From positions 46,874,001 through 46,938,000 of the forward strand of contig NW_024704743.1 of NCBI RefSeq assembly GCF_018977255.1: DNA of 64,000 bases. The letters are read 5' to 3'. Origin of the DNA: Callorhinchus milii. Taxonomy: Eukaryota. Made by a program: the position numbers and the translations under genes. Positions 63,178 through 64,000 of the stretch are shown in pieces (the first letter of the stretch is position 1; every line of letters starts with the position of its first letter). Below the pieces are notes generated by a model. It searched no databases, was not told the DNA's origin, and saw nothing but the letters and a program-made list of their open reading frames with translations.

Positions 63178-64000
63178 ACCTCACTCCAAAAGGCGCTGAA
63201 ACCCTGGTCCATGCCTTTGTCAACTCTCGGCTGCACTATTCAAATGCTCTCTTTGTGTGTCTCCCCTCCACTATCATTCACAAAATCCATGTCATCCAAA
63301 ACTCTGCCGCCCTCATTCTTACCCGCACCAAACTCTGCTCCTGATTACCCCAGTCCTTGCCAGACTGCACTGGCTGCCTGTCCCAGAGAAGATCGACTTT
63401 AAGATCCTCACCCTTGTCTTCAAATCCCTCCACTCCTCTCACCCCCTACCTCTCTGACCGGGAATGGCCTCCTCCTCGTCCTCCGCTCCACCCTCGGCGG
63501 CCATGCCTTCAGCCACTATGCCCCGAGTCTCTGGAACTTCCTTCCTCACTCCCTTCACCTCACCTCACCTAGATCATTGATGTAGATGGTAAATAGCTGA
63601 GGCCCAAGGACTGATCCTTGTGGCACTCCAATAGTCACATCCAGCCAATCTGAAAAGGACCCGTTTATCCCTACTCTTTGTTTCCTACCCATTAACCATT
63701 CTCCAATCCACTTTAATATGCACCTCCCAATTCCATGGGCCCTTATCTTTTGGACTAACCTTTTATGCGGCACCTTAACGAATGCCTTCTGGAAGTCCAA
63801 TAGACCACATCTACTGATTCACCCTATCTAGTTTACTCGAAATATCCTCAGAAAACTCTATGAGATTTGTCAAACATGACTTCCCTTTTGTAAAGCCATG
63901 TTGACTTGGCCTAATTATATTGTGCTTCCCTAAATACCGCACTACCACATCCTTAATCAATGATTCTAAAATTTTTCCTATCACTGATGCGAGACTTACT
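63178..64000 (+). repeat. Block A copy A4, left-truncated within the L2, running off the window
   Basis: Matches 54338 onward, including the L2/CR1 junction. Confidence 0.95.

Noticed and set aside
56887..63402. Six ORFs over 2000 aa (AQDW, GPRL, GPKI, AQSW, GPIL, GPNL repeats)
   Set aside because: The 12-bp unit has no stop codon in any frame, so all six frames are open. There is no synonymous variation, and frames swap at 1-nt indels. Not evidence of protein coding.

Overview
Vertebrate genomic DNA. The repeat landscape (Deu-domain tRNA SINEs, L2 and CR1 LINEs, Penelope-like remnants) suggests a cartilaginous fish, possibly a chimaera; this is inference. The left part holds a complete minus-strand WIP-family gene, most likely WIPF3/CR16. 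I reconstructed 7 coding exons by hand (16249 to 2272; 1446 nt, 481 aa) with consistent splice phases, a WH2 motif and a C-terminal WASP-binding domain. Candidate 5' non-coding exons or promoter lie near 38.7-40.3 kb. Introns are dense in LINE and SINE fragments and hold two inverted-repeat elements. The right third (about 40.8-64 kb) is the unusual part: a mosaic of direct and inverted copies of two blocks, A (about 3.2 kb, 4 full or partial copies) and B (about 2.1 kb, 2 copies). Four junctions between blocks are filled with the same quasi-palindromic 12-mer CCAATCTTGG(GC/AA), at about 4, 4, 16 and 520 copies, the last a 6.25-kb array. All three complete right ends of block A stop at the same nucleotide, directly before a 12-mer tract. 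The six ORFs over 2000 aa are artefacts of this stop-free repeat.
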